From an uncultured Thermoanaerobaculia bacterium (GTDB taxonomy: Bacteria; Acidobacteriota; JBCCFW01): a stretch of DNA of 64,000 bases. This document shows, in pieces, positions 1 through 9,801 of the stretch; the first letter of the stretch is position 1, and each line of letters opens with the position of its first letter. The notes beneath the pieces were generated by a model that did no database searches, was not told the DNA's origin, and saw only the letters and a list, made by a program, of their open reading frames with translations. The DNA lies in contig CAZTIW010000014.1 in assembly GCA_964613915.1 (NCBI GenBank), forward strand, positions 30,928-94,927. The letters are read 5' to 3'. A program made the position numbers and the translations under genes.

Positions 1-247
1 CAGGGTCCTGGCGCTGATCGAGGTGACGCCTCGCGTTCTTCGCATGGACTCCTTCGAGATCGTGGGCGACCTGGACGGCGACATCATGGCCCGTCACGTG
101 ATCGGCCCGATGGGGAAGGCCGTCGTCGGGATCGAGATCAAGAGGGATGGTCTCGTGCATGCCGCCTGCGTCGTGGTCGAGCGGATGCCCGTCGACGCGG
201 CGCCCGTGCCTGCCGCGGACGCCTGCTTCCGCATCGTCGCGCCCTAG
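1..247 (+). CDS. 3-prime end of a gene that begins upstream of the window; hypothetical protein
   Basis: Open frame runs from base 1 to a stop at 245-247; protein-like composition; no recognisable motif. Confidence 0.3.
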   Translation, partial: RVLALIEVTPRVLRMDSFEIVGDLDGDIMARHVIGPMGKAVVGIEIKRDGLVHAACVVVERMPVDAAPVPAADACFRIVAP

Positions 248-379
248 TCCGGAGAGCGTCCGCGGCGCCGGTTCGTCGGCTGGCCTTTCTGGCGGCCATG
301 ACCGCGCCCGGGCGAGGCGGAACCGCGGCGGGCGCCGCGAGGGCTCTGGCATGATGCGCGCTCCACGCCAGGAGTCCCC

Positions 380-2965
380 ATGCGTCACCTCGCCGCTCCG
401 CGCCTCCGCGTCGCCGCCCCCGCGCTGTTCGCGCTGCTCGCGCTCGCTCTCGACGTCGCGATCGCGACGGCGTCCGGCCAGGCTCCCAAGAACTTCGGTC
501 GCGACCGCTCGGTGGACATCGTTCACGCGCGCATCCAGCTCGCGCTGGACATCCCGTCGGAGACCATTCGTGGCGCGACCGAGCTGACGGTGCGCGGCAT
601 CGCCGGCTCGACCGCCGAGGCGGTCTTCGACGCCGTGCGCTTCGATGTCACGAGCGTCACCGCGGGTGACGCGCCGGCCGCGCATGACAACGACGGGCAG
701 ACGCTGCGCGTGACGCTCGCGCCGCCGCTCGCCGAGGGGGAGGATCGCGTCATCCGCATCTCCTACTCGGCCCGCCCGCGCAACGGGCTGTACTTCGTTC
801 ACGGACCGGGCGCGCGGCGCGACCTCGACCAGTGCTGGTCGCAGGGCGAGACCATGGAGAACCGTCACTGGTTCCCGGTTCACGACGATCCGTCCGAGCG
901 CATGACGTCGGAGACGGTCATCACCGTGCCCGAGCCGCTGGCCGTCGTCTCCAACGGCCCGCTGCTCTCGGTGACGCCAGCCGGACCGGGCCTGCGCACG
1001 TTCCACCACCGCATGGACTTCCCGCACGTTCCGTATCTGGTGTCGATCGCCGTGGGCGACTGGGCGACGCGGTCGGAGACCTGGGAGGGCAAGGAACTCA
1101 CGTACCACGTGCCGCGCGATCGCGAGGCCGACATGGACCGGTCGTTCGCGAACACCGCCAGAATCCTGAGCTTCCTGTCGAAGGAGACGGGCGTCCCCTA
1201 CCCGTACCCCGTGTACCGGCAGACCTGCGTCTCCGACTACACGTTCGGCGGCATGGAGAACATCGCCGCGACCACGCTGACGGACAGGACGCTGCACGAC
1301 GAGCGCGCGCATTCGGACTGGACCTCGGACAGTCTCGTTGCTCACGAGGCGGCGCATCAGTGGTTCGGCGACTACGTGACCTGCCGCGACTGGAGCGACA
1401 TCTGGCTGAACGAGGGCTTCGCCACGTACTACGCCGCGCTCTCGATGGGGGAGCTGCTCGGTCCCGACCAGCTCGTCGTCGAGCTCGATGGCATGCGGCA
1501 GAACGCGATCGACGCCGACCGGGGGGACAAGCGCCGGCCCGTCGTCACGAACCGCTGGCATGACGAGATGGAGCTCTTCGACGGCCATGCCTACGCGAAG
1601 GGCGGGATGATCCTGCACGCGCTGCGGCGCGAGCTCGGCGATGACGGGTACCGTCGCAGCGTGACCGCCTGGCTGAAGCGGTTCGCCGGGTCGTCCGCGA
1701 ACACGCACGACTTCATCTCGGTGATCGAGGAGCAGACGGGCCGCGACGTGTCGCGCTTCTTCGACCAGTGGATCTTCGGCAGCGGTCAGCCCGACCTTGC
1801 CGTCTCGTGGACGTGGAAGGACGGTTCGTGCGCCGTCACGATCGTGCAGGGCCAGGCGGCGGACGACCCCGACCGTCTCTTCAACGTCCCGCTCGACCTG
1901 CAAGTGCTCGGCGAAGGGCTCGCGACGGATCGCTCGGTCCGGCTCAGCCGGCGCGAGGAGACGTTCCACGTTCCCTGCGAGACGCGCCCCGAGGCGGTCG
2001 TGGTGGATCCGCAGGGCTGGCTCCTGCGCACGATCAAGATGGACCGGCCCGATCGCGAGGCCGCGTGGGTCCTGCGCCACGCCCCGCACCTGCTGGCGCG
2101 CCTGGAGGCCGCGCGCGAGCTGAAGGAGTCTGCCGGGCTCGCCGGGGCGCACGAGGCGCTGGTGGACGCGGCGCGGTCGGCGCCGGCATGGGCGTTGCGT
2201 CGCGCGGCCTGCGAGTCGCTCGAGCGCTCGGGCCCGGGCGGCGCGGCCGTGCTCATCGGCGTGCTCGAGAGCGACGCGGACACGCGCGTGCGCACGGCGG
2301 CGGCGGCGGCGCTGGCCTCGCATCGAACGCCCGCGGCGCAAGCGGCGCTGACGCGCGCCCTGGCCGGCGCGCCGTCCTACGCGGTTCGCGGGGCGGCGGC
2401 GCGCTCGCTCGGACGCTTCGACGATCCCGCTCTCGATCGCGTTCTCGAGGCAGCGGCCTCGCAGCGCTCGCATCGCGAAGAGGTCCTCGGTGGCTGTCTC
2501 GACGCCCTCGCCCAGCGGCACTCGCCGAGGCTCCTCGCGCTCGCGCAGCGCCTCGCCTCGGCCCGCCAGCCGTACGAAGTGCGGGCACGAGCGATCGGCG
2601 CGCTCGGCCGCCTCGCGAAGAACGCGGTGGACGCCGGCGAGCGGCGCCGCGTGGTCGCGGATCTGATCGAGTGGCTGGACGAGCCTCATTATCGCGTGCG
2701 GCTCGCGGCCTCGGAGGCGCTCGTGACGGCGGCGGACGAGGCGGGACTGCCGGCGCTCCGCCGCATCGCGGCCTCGCATCCCCACGAGCTCACGCGCGCG
2801 CGCGTGGCCCAGCACGCCAAGCAGCTCGAGGCGGCCGTCGTCGCGAGCGCGAGCGTCGCCGAGGTCCGCCGGTCGCTCGAGGAAGAGCGACGGAAGCGCG
2901 AGGCGCTCGAGGAGCGCGTGCGCAAGCTCGAGGCGCGCCTCCCGCCGGCGGACGAGTCGAAGTGA
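380..2965 (+). CDS. M1-family zinc aminopeptidase (aminopeptidase N-like) with N-terminal signal peptide and C-terminal HEAT-like repeats plus coiled coil
   Basis: ATG at 380 preceded by AGGAG; GGMEN exopeptidase motif; HEAAH-X18-E zinc site; Ala/Leu-rich repeat C-terminus ending in a charged coiled coil. Confidence 0.9.
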   Translation: MRHLAAPRLRVAAPALFALLALALDVAIATASGQAPKNFGRDRSVDIVHARIQLALDIPSETIRGATELTVRGIAGSTAEAVFDAVRFDVTSVTAGDAPAAHDNDGQTLRVTLAPPLAEGEDRVIRISYSARPRNGLYFVHGPGARRDLDQCWSQGETMENRHWFPVHDDPSERMTSETVITVPEPLAVVSNGPLLSVTPAGPGLRTFHHRMDFPHVPYLVSIAVGDWATRSETWEGKELTYHVPRDREADMDRSFANTARILSFLSKETGVPYPYPVYRQTCVSDYTFGGMENIAATTLTDRTLHDERAHSDWTSDSLVAHEAAHQWFGDYVTCRDWSDIWLNEGFATYYAALSMGELLGPDQLVVELDGMRQNAIDADRGDKRRPVVTNRWHDEMELFDGHAYAKGGMILHALRRELGDDGYRRSVTAWLKRFAGSSANTHDFISVIEEQTGRDVSRFFDQWIFGSGQPDLAVSWTWKDGSCAVTIVQGQAADDPDRLFNVPLDLQVLGEGLATDRSVRLSRREETFHVPCETRPEAVVVDPQGWLLRTIKMDRPDREAAWVLRHAPHLLARLEAARELKESAGLAGAHEALVDAARSAPAWALRRAACESLERSGPGGAAVLIGVLESDADTRVRTAAAAALASHRTPAAQAALTRALAGAPSYAVRGAAARSLGRFDDPALDRVLEAAASQRSHREEVLGGCLDALAQRHSPRLLALAQRLASARQPYEVRARAIGALGRLAKNAVDAGERRRVVADLIEWLDEPHYRVRLAASEALVTAADEAGLPALRRIAASHPHELTRARVAQHAKQLEAAVVASASVAEVRRSLEEERRKREALEERVRKLEARLPPADESK

Positions 2966-3522
2966 GTCGTCGCGAGCGCTGGCGCATCATCGAGACGCGC
3001 TGGGTCGAGCGAGTCGCCTCGCGGGAACGGCACGCCCCGCTCCGCCTGTTGATGCTCATCGCGACCCGCCTCGCGGACGGCTGGGGACTCGCGATCCTGA
3101 TTCCCGCGGCCTTGCTGATCGGCGGCCGGAGCGAGGGCGTGGCGGCGGTCGGACTCGGGACGATCTCCGCCATCGCGATTGCGCTCATCGTGCATGGGAC
3201 GAAGGCGATCGTGCGCCGTCGCCGGCCCATCGGCGTCCGTGTCGGGCGGCCCATCGGCGCCCCGGATCTGCACGCGTTTCCTTCCGGGCACACGGCGCAT
3301 GCGTTCGGCATGGTCATCGTCACCGCCTGGCTCTCGCCGACGTTCGCGGCGATCACGCTCGGCGTGGCCTGCCTCGTGGGCATGTCGCGCGTGTTCTTCT
3401 GCCTGCACTACCCGACCGACGTTCTCGCCGGCGCGGCGTTCGGCCTCGCCATCGCCTGGCTGAGCCTCCTGGTCACGCGCGCGTCGGGCCTGCTCGACTG
3501 GATGGCGCGCCTGGCGGGGTGA
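2962..3522 (+). CDS. PAP2-family (type 2 phosphatidic acid phosphatase-like) membrane phosphatase
   Basis: GTG start overlapping the aminopeptidase stop (GTGA); PAP2 motifs KAIVRRRRP, PSGH, SRVFFCLHYPTD; several TM helices. Confidence 0.75.
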   Translation: MSRRERWRIIETRWVERVASRERHAPLRLLMLIATRLADGWGLAILIPAALLIGGRSEGVAAVGLGTISAIAIALIVHGTKAIVRRRRPIGVRVGRPIGAPDLHAFPSGHTAHAFGMVIVTAWLSPTFAAITLGVACLVGMSRVFFCLHYPTDVLAGAAFGLAIAWLSLLVTRASGLLDWMARLAG

Positions 3523-3572
3523 GGCGGGAGGCGGCGCGCCACGCGCTGCCTCACCGCTCGCGGAGCACGGCC

Positions 3573-4175
3573 TCAGCCCTTCCTCGCCCTGACCGCCTCC
3601 CGCAGCCCCGGAACGTCGCGCGACCAGGCCTCCGCGTCGCCGTAGGCGACGAACTCCGCGTAGCGCGAGTGAGGGCCGAGCACGCGACGGGCGTGCTTGA
3701 TGGGGCACCAGTACTGCTCCGTGCGGGCGGCGACCTCGCGGGCGAAGGCGAGCACGCCGTTGGCGTAGCTGCAGTAGTCGCAGTTCAGCTTCTCGATCCA
3801 GTTGAGATAGTCGAGCCGGTGCCGGTCGATCGCCACGTAGCGCGATCGGTCCACGCGGGCGATGCCGTAGATGCGAAAGCACGTCGCCTGGAACATGATC
3901 GTCGTGAGATCGAGCAGCACGAGCGGGACGAGCATGAAGTAGATGATCGGAGCCGACAGGACGGTGCGCAGGCTGCTGTTGAGCAGGAACCGCGCGACGC
4001 TCTGACGCGCCTTGAGATGAAGCGCGCTGGTCTCCGCCTCGAAGCGCACGCGACCGCGCTCGATCCGGTACCGGAACACGTCGGCCGCCTGCTGCAGATC
4101 CTGCTTGAGTTCCTCCTCGAGCTCGGATTCCAGCGCCCGGATCCTCGCGACGAGATCAGCGACCTTGGTGCTCAC
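3573..4175 (-). CDS. Hypothetical protein: N-terminal coiled coil, hydrophobic segment, Cys/His-rich domain
   Basis: 200-aa ORF with balanced composition; motifs CDYCSY and YWCPIKH; the opposite-strand ORF is Arg/Ala junk. Confidence 0.5.
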   Translation of the reverse strand: MSTKVADLVARIRALESELEEELKQDLQQAADVFRYRIERGRVRFEAETSALHLKARQSVARFLLNSSLRTVLSAPIIYFMLVPLVLLDLTTIMFQATCFRIYGIARVDRSRYVAIDRHRLDYLNWIEKLNCDYCSYANGVLAFAREVAARTEQYWCPIKHARRVLGPHSRYAEFVAYGDAEAWSRDVPGLREAVRARKG

Positions 4176-4396
4176 GGGACAAGCCAGACGCCGCCATCGC
4201 CTCCGGGAGGGGGAACCGTGGCGGAAGCGACTCCCGCCGAGACCGTGTCACGACCGCGAGCGCCGCGCCAGTCACCGACAGGGGCGCGACGCGACGCGCC
4301 GGGAGGCGGCGCGACTGCATGCGTCGGAAACAGCGGCAGCCGCGCTTGACAGGCTTCGGGACGTGGCGCAGGCTCTCTGCATTGGTCCGGTCCGAT

Positions 4397-4419
4397 AGTG
4401 GAACTGGACTAGTCCACTT
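4397..4419. promoter_or_regulatory. Palindromic operator candidate immediately upstream of the MocR-type regulator start
   Basis: AGTGGAACTGGACTAGTCCACTT contains a perfect 12-bp palindrome TGGACTAGTCCA ending about 9 bp before the ATG at 4425. Confidence 0.35.
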
Positions 4420-4424
4420 GAGCC

Positions 4425-5969
4425 ATGCCAGCACCCGCATCCCTCAGCATCCAGCTCGACCGCGACTCCGCGATCCCGCTCGTGGAGCAGCTCGCGACCA
4501 GCATTCGCCACGGCATCGAGTCGGGCGTGCTCGTGCCGGGCACGCGGCTGCCGTCCACGCGGACGCTCGCCGCGCGCCTCGGCCTGCACCGGCAGACGAT
4601 CGTGGACGCGTACCGGCGGATCGAGAGCGACGGCATGCTCGAGCAGCGCCGCGGCTCGGGCGCCTTCATCACGGCGCCATCGCCCGGCGGCGCCTGCGTT
4701 CCGGGCGATGCCGCGCGCGCGGGCGAGCGGGTCTCGCAAGCGCTGCTGTCCTACGAGCGGCGCGCGGGCCGGCCGCCCCTTCCGGCGTCGAGCCGGGACG
4801 CGCTGGACCTGGCCGGCCTCGTCCCTCACGAGCGTGACTACCCGTCGGAGGCCTTTCAGGAGAGCATGCGGAGCGCCCTGGCGCGCCGCGGCGGCAAGGT
4901 CCTCGGCTATGGTCCCGCCGCGGGCGATCCCGAACTGCGCGAGGTTCTCGCGAAGCGCCTGAGAGCGCGCGGCATGAAGGTGGACGCCGCGGGCTTGCTG
5001 ATCGTGGGCGGCGCGCAGCAAGGGCTCGACCTGCTGTTTCGCGCGATGCTCGATCCCGGCGATGCGGTGCTGACCGAGGCGCCGACGTACCACATGTGCC
5101 TGGATCTCCTGGCGTTTCACCGCTGCCGCGTCGCGCCCGTGCCCGTGCTGCCGCGAGAGGAATCCGGCCTGTCCTCGCTCGACGCGGCGGCGCTCGCGGA
5201 GGCGCTCGACCGCCATCGGCCCGTGCTCGCCTACGTCATGCCGACGTTCCAGAACCCGACCGGCCTCACGCTCGATCTCGCCGCCCGTCGCACGCTGGCG
5301 CGCACCCTCGCGGACGCGAAGGTCGTGCTCGTGGAGGACGACTACGAGGCGGACATGAGGCATGGCGGCGAGGCCCTGCCCGCCGTCTCGTCGCTGTCCG
5401 AGAGCGGCGACTCGGCGTACATCGGCACGCTCAGCAAGGCGCTGTTCCCGGGCCTGCGCGTCGGCTGGATCGCGGGGAGCCCGGACGTGCTGGCGCGCGT
5501 CGCGAAGGTCAAGCGCGTCTCGGATCTCTCGGGGCCCGTCGTGCTGCAGGCCGTGGCCGCGGACCTGCTCGAGAGCGGCGCCTACGACCGTCACGTGACG
5601 AACACCGTCGCGGAGGCAGCCGATCGCATGCGCGCGCTGCGCGCGGCTCTCGAGGCGCAGATGCCGGAGGGCTGCCGCATCACGCGGCCGCTGGGCGGGC
5701 ACGTGGCCTGGCTCGAGGCGCCCGCGCTCTCCGGGCGGGCCATCGCCGAGAAGGCGGCGGCGCGCGGCGTGCTCGTGACGCCGGGCGAGGACTTCTTCGC
5801 CGGGCCGGCGGCCAGCCCCGCCGTGCGCGTGTCCATCGCGCGCATCGCCCCCGGGGACGTGGAGCGGGCGGCCGAGCGGCTGGCGCGAGGCGTGGCGGAT
5901 GCGGTGCAGGAGGCGCGGGGGCGCGCGGCGCGGCGCGGTCGCGACGTGGATTCCCCCGTGGCGGTGTGA
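4425..5969 (+). CDS. MocR/GabR-type transcriptional regulator (GntR HTH + class-I aminotransferase-like domain), PdxR-like by context
   Basis: N-terminal GntR winged HTH (TRLPSTRTLAARLGLHRQTIVDAYRRIESDG); aminotransferase-like domain with LSKALFPGLRVGWIAG; directly upstream of pdxS/pdxT. Confidence 0.85.
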   Translation: MPAPASLSIQLDRDSAIPLVEQLATSIRHGIESGVLVPGTRLPSTRTLAARLGLHRQTIVDAYRRIESDGMLEQRRGSGAFITAPSPGGACVPGDAARAGERVSQALLSYERRAGRPPLPASSRDALDLAGLVPHERDYPSEAFQESMRSALARRGGKVLGYGPAAGDPELREVLAKRLRARGMKVDAAGLLIVGGAQQGLDLLFRAMLDPGDAVLTEAPTYHMCLDLLAFHRCRVAPVPVLPREESGLSSLDAAALAEALDRHRPVLAYVMPTFQNPTGLTLDLAARRTLARTLADAKVVLVEDDYEADMRHGGEALPAVSSLSESGDSAYIGTLSKALFPGLRVGWIAGSPDVLARVAKVKRVSDLSGPVVLQAVAADLLESGAYDRHVTNTVAEAADRMRALRAALEAQMPEGCRITRPLGGHVAWLEAPALSGRAIAEKAAARGVLVTPGEDFFAGPAASPAVRVSIARIAPGDVERAAERLARGVADAVQEARGRAARRGRDVDSPVAV

Positions 5970-6026
5970 GGCGAAGCGCCGGAGTCCCGGCGCGTCGGGA
6001 TCGGAACATGAGATGAGGTACACGAC

Positions 6027-6917
6027 ATGAGTTCTGCTGCGAACGAACTGCCGAGGCTCAAGACGGGACTGGCCGAGATGCTCAAGGGTGGCGTCATCAT
6101 GGACGTCACGGACGCCACGCAGGCGCGCATCGCCGAGGACGCGGGCGCGTGCGCCGTCATGGCGCTCGAGCGCGTGCCGTCCGACATCCGCAAGGAAGGC
6201 GGCGTCGCGCGCATGTCGCCCGTCGAGAAGGTCGAGGAGATCATGAAGACGGTCTCCATCCCCGTCATGGCCAAGTGCCGCATCGGCCACTTCGTCGAGG
6301 CGCTCATGCTCCAGGAGATGGGCGTGGACTTCATTGACGAGTCCGAGGTCCTGACGCCCGCGGACGAGCAGCATCACGTGGACAAGCACGCGTTCAAGAC
6401 GCCGTTCGTGTGCGGCGCGCGGAACCTGGGCGAGGCGCTGCGCCGCATTTCCGAGGGCGCCGCGATGATGCGCACGAAGGGCGAGGCAGGCACGGGCAAC
6501 ATCGTCGAGGCCGTGCGTCACATGCGCGCGGTCACGGGCGAGATCCGGCGGCTCGGCGCCCTGCGCGACGACGAGCTCATGGACGCCGCGAAGGAGCTGC
6601 GCGCGCCGTACGAGCTCGTGCGCCGCGTGGCCCGCGAGGGGTGCCTGCCCGTGCCGAACTTCGCGGCGGGCGGCGTCGCGACCCCTGCGGACGCGGCCCT
6701 CATGATGCACCTGGGCGCCGAGTCGGTCTTCGTGGGATCGGGCATCTTCAAGTCGTCGGATCCCTCGCAGCGCGCCAAGGCCATCGTCCAGGCCGTCACG
6801 CACTGGAAGGACGCCAGCGTCCTGGTGGATGTCAGCCGCGGCCTCAAGGAGGCGATGCTCGGCATCGAGATCAGCACGATCCCGCCGGGCGAGCGGCTGG
6901 CCGAGCGCGGATGGTGA
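6027..6917 (+). CDS. pdxS: Pyridoxal 5-prime-phosphate synthase, synthase subunit PdxS
   Basis: Near full-length match to the highly conserved PdxS/SNZ sequence ([41 protein letters not shown]). Confidence 0.95.
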   Translation: MSSAANELPRLKTGLAEMLKGGVIMDVTDATQARIAEDAGACAVMALERVPSDIRKEGGVARMSPVEKVEEIMKTVSIPVMAKCRIGHFVEALMLQEMGVDFIDESEVLTPADEQHHVDKHAFKTPFVCGARNLGEALRRISEGAAMMRTKGEAGTGNIVEAVRHMRAVTGEIRRLGALRDDELMDAAKELRAPYELVRRVAREGCLPVPNFAAGGVATPADAALMMHLGAESVFVGSGIFKSSDPSQRAKAIVQAVTHWKDASVLVDVSRGLKEAMLGIEISTIPPGERLAERGW

Positions 6918-7561
6918 GCGAGGCGCCACTCCGGGTCGGCGTCCTCGCGCTCCAGGGAGACTTCGCGGCGCATGCCGGCGCGCTCGAGCGCGCGGCGACC
7001 GCCGCCGGGCTCGCGTGCGATGTCCGCGAGGTGCGGCGTCTGCCGGATCTCGCCGGGATCGAGGCGCTGGTCCTGCCGGGCGGCGAGAGCACGACGCTGC
7101 TGAAGCTCCTGTCCATCGAGGATCTGGGTCTGGCGATCCGGCGCTTCGTGACGGAGCAGGGGGGCGCGGTCTTCGGCACGTGCGCCGGGGCCATCCTCGT
7201 GAGCCGCCACGTCCGCAGTCCCGACCAGGCGTCGCTCGAACTGCTGGACGCGACGATCGAGCGGAACGCGTATGGCCGGCAGGTGGATTCCTTCATCACG
7301 ACGATCGAGCCGCAGCCGGGCAGCGGACTCGGCTCGCGGCCGATCGAGGCCGTCTTCATCCGTGCGCCGCGGTTTCTGGCGACCGGACCCGGCGTGGACG
7401 TGCTCGCGCGCCACGGCGGCGAGCCCGTGCTGGTGAGAGAAGGGCGCGTCCTGGCGGCGACGTTCCACCCGGAGATGACCCCCGATGACCGCATCCACGC
7501 GACGTTCCTGCGCGGGGTTCGGGCGGCGGCCGTCACTCCTGTCGCGAGCCCTCGTCGCTGA
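6911..7561 (+). CDS. pdxT: Pyridoxal 5-prime-phosphate synthase, glutaminase subunit PdxT
   Basis: ATG overlapping the pdxS stop (ATGGTGA); class-I glutamine amidotransferase with LPGGESTT and GTCAG nucleophile motif. Confidence 0.9.
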   Translation: MVSEAPLRVGVLALQGDFAAHAGALERAATAAGLACDVREVRRLPDLAGIEALVLPGGESTTLLKLLSIEDLGLAIRRFVTEQGGAVFGTCAGAILVSRHVRSPDQASLELLDATIERNAYGRQVDSFITTIEPQPGSGLGSRPIEAVFIRAPRFLATGPGVDVLARHGGEPVLVREGRVLAATFHPEMTPDDRIHATFLRGVRAAAVTPVASPRR

Positions 7562-8588
7562 CCCTCGCGAACTCCAGGAGAAGCGCCGAGATCGCCGTGC
7601 CCACGTCCTCCGGGCCCGAGACCGGACCGGGCAGGAACGCGAAGGATCCGTGACGCCACGTCAGCAGCGTGCTGAGAGCCTGCATCGAGTCGGGCGCCCC
7701 CTCGAGCTCGGCGCGCATGACGCGACCCCCGCTGACGAAGATCTTCCCGACGACGGACTCGCGCGCGAGCACCAGCGAACCGGGCTTCTTCTCGTACTCC
7801 AGTAGCGAGAGCACCGTCGGCACGCCGATGTCGTCGAGGACGCCGCGCAGCGACACGTGGCGGCCCGCGCGGCCCTCGCGCGGCCCGACGCGGCGCAGGC
7901 GGATCATGAGCTCCTCGTCCGTGAACGGCTTCGGAATGAAGTCGCGCACGCCGCGGCGGAAGGCCTGCGCGCGCAGCGTCGCGTCGGCGTCCTCGCCCAT
8001 CAGCACGACCGCCACGTCGGAGAGCGATGGCTCGCTGGAGAGGAGCTTCAGGACGAGCAGGGGATTCGAGCCCTGGGCTTGCGTGTCCGCCAGGAGAATG
8101 TCGGGCACGCGATCGCGGCAGGCCTTGACGGCGGCGGCGAGGCTCTCCTCGGCGCGGGCGTCGAAGCCGGCCGTGTTGAGATTGTTGACGAGCCGCTCGC
8201 GCAGGGGCTCGCTGCGATCCAGGATCACGATGGCCAGCGGTTCGTCCTCGATGGGGCCGGACATGCCCTGCTCGAGCGAAGCGACGAAGTCCAGCCACCC
8301 CGCCGGCGGCGCGCCGTCCATCTCGAGGCCGATGCCGGGCGAGCGGCCGACCATGCGGGCCGTCGGCTCGTCGAGGACATGGGCGACGTGCGCCGAGAAC
8401 GACACCTGGGATCGGTTCGGGAGCGTGACGGTGACGGCGGCCTTCGTGCCCGCGCCGACGGCCTCGGCAGTCGGCACGTACAGGCCGTGGCGCGTGACAT
8501 CGGTCGTGGTCGCCGAGAGCACGCCGCTTGCATGACGCACCTCGACGGGGCAGGTGGCGGCCAGCCTCTTGTCGCGGTCGTTCTTCAT
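7533..8588 (-). CDS. Response regulator with N-terminal PilZ-like domain, receiver domain and C-terminal DUF4388-like domain
   Basis: ATG at 8588 overlaps the upstream GNAT stop; PilZ-like RDKRL...DVTRHG...GIGLEMD; receiver domain ending KPF; C-terminal segment resembling DUF4388. The Arg-rich 5-prime part of the long ORF was excluded. Confidence 0.7.
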   Translation of the reverse strand: MKNDRDKRLAATCPVEVRHASGVLSATTTDVTRHGLYVPTAEAVGAGTKAAVTVTLPNRSQVSFSAHVAHVLDEPTARMVGRSPGIGLEMDGAPPAGWLDFVASLEQGMSGPIEDEPLAIVILDRSEPLRERLVNNLNTAGFDARAEESLAAAVKACRDRVPDILLADTQAQGSNPLLVLKLLSSEPSLSDVAVVLMGEDADATLRAQAFRRGVRDFIPKPFTDEELMIRLRRVGPREGRAGRHVSLRGVLDDIGVPTVLSLLEYEKKPGSLVLARESVVGKIFVSGGRVMRAELEGAPDSMQALSTLLTWRHGSFAFLPGPVSGPEDVGTAISALLLEFARVSDEGSRQE

Positions 8589-9106
8589 CGTCGGTCCGGG
8601 CTCCGCGAGGTCTCCGGGGGCGCGGCGGGCGGCCGGGCCGGCCGGAGGTCGAGCCCGAAGAATACAGGGCCGGGCAGCGGATTGGGCGTGTAGGGAGGGA
8701 TCTGGCGGAAGCCGAGGGACTCGTAGAGGGCGATCGCGCCCGACATGTGCGCCAGCGTGTCGAGGACCATCTCGTCGTGGCCCGCGACTCGCGCGGCATC
8801 CAGCACGGCGACCGCCAGCGCGCGTCCGAGGCCGCGGCGCCGGAACGCGGGCCGCACGTACATGCGCTTCATCTCGCAGCGTCCGGCCGTGGTATCGAGG
8901 GGGCGAAGCGCGACGCATCCCGCGAGGCCGTCGGGCTCGCGCGCCAGCAGGATGACGCCGAGCGGGGGCGCGTAGCGGCCCGGCAGCGAGGCCAGTTCGG
9001 CGTCGAACCCCTGAAAGCAGAGGTCGAAGCCGAGGTCGGTTGCGTATTCGAGAAAGAGTTCGCGCGTCGAGGCGAGATCGGCGGCACTCCTGGCCGGCGC
9101 GATCAT
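8585..9106 (-). CDS. GNAT-family N-acetyltransferase
   Basis: 173 aa; acetyl-CoA binding core RPAFRRRGLGRAL; overlaps neighbours by 4 bp on both sides. Confidence 0.8.
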   Translation of the reverse strand: MIAPARSAADLASTRELFLEYATDLGFDLCFQGFDAELASLPGRYAPPLGVILLAREPDGLAGCVALRPLDTTAGRCEMKRMYVRPAFRRRGLGRALAVAVLDAARVAGHDEMVLDTLAHMSGAIALYESLGFRQIPPYTPNPLPGPVFFGLDLRPARPPAAPPETSRSPDRR

Positions 9107-9801
9107 CGCGTGCCCCAGCCACGACTCGACGGCGGCAGCGGCTGCTTCCCGTTGCTGCCGACGCGGGCGATCGGATCGGCGCCGGACGGATCAGCCGTCG
9201 CGGGCCCTGCCCCGCCGGCGCCGCTGCGGGCCATCGTGTTCAGGAGCCAGCCTCCGAAGGCCAGGGCGCCCAGCCACGTGGCGAAGGCCAGCACGCGCAG
9301 GAATCCCGCCAGCGCGTCGTCGGCGGCGAGCAGGCCCAGCGAGTCGAGGAGGTAGTTCCAGTCGTGAATGGGCTCATCGGTCATGCCGATGAGCGCGAGC
9401 GCCTGGTCGTCGGCGTCATCCACGTACGTCGCGAGGTTCCACATCGAGAACGACAGCCACGCGAGCGCGACCGAGGCGCCGAACCAGTCGCGCTGCGGCT
9501 CGCCGTCCTTGCGGTAGAGCAACAGCACGGCGCCTGCGGCGATGGGCGCGAGGATTTGCGACAGGCTCCCCCCCGCGATCGACATCCACTGACCGAGGGG
9601 CGCGAAGAGCACGTGGCCGAGTTCGTGGATGCCGAACGTCACGCCCCCGAACAGGAGGCTCGCGTGCTCGGGATCCCGCAGGTGGCGCACGCCGACGACG
9701 GCGAGGTACAGCAGGAGCGGGGCGCGCACGATCCACCAGCGGCCGCGAGCCCAGGCGCGGGCGTCATCCGCGATCGCGGCCGCGATCTCGCGCGCGGTCA
9801 C
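9103..9801 (-). CDS. Polytopic membrane protein with HELGH (HExxH) motif, putative membrane-embedded metalloprotease
   Basis: GTG at 9801 overlapping the cstA stop; hydrophobic throughout; HELGH inside a predicted TM region; start is inferred. Confidence 0.5.
   Translation of the reverse strand: MTAREIAAAIADDARAWARGRWWIVRAPLLLYLAVVGVRHLRDPEHASLLFGGVTFGIHELGHVLFAPLGQWMSIAGGSLSQILAPIAAGAVLLLYRKDGEPQRDWFGASVALAWLSFSMWNLATYVDDADDQALALIGMTDEPIHDWNYLLDSLGLLAADDALAGFLRVLAFATWLGALAFGGWLLNTMARSGAGGAGPATADPSGADPIARVGSNGKQPLPPSSRGWGTR

Noticed and set aside
1768-2961. 5-prime part of the 584-aa plus-strand ORF
   Set aside because: Overlaps the M1 aminopeptidase out of frame and is Arg/Gly-rich; only the part after the GTG at 2962 (PAP2) looks coding.
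4272-6929. 885-aa minus-strand ORF
   Set aside because: Antisense to the MocR regulator and pdxS, which have unambiguous motifs; product is Arg/Ala/Gly low-complexity typical of wrong-frame translation in high-GC DNA.
6871-8799. 642-aa minus-strand ORF
   Set aside because: Antisense/out of frame to pdxT, the PilZ-receiver regulator and GNAT gene; extreme Arg/Pro/Gly composition.
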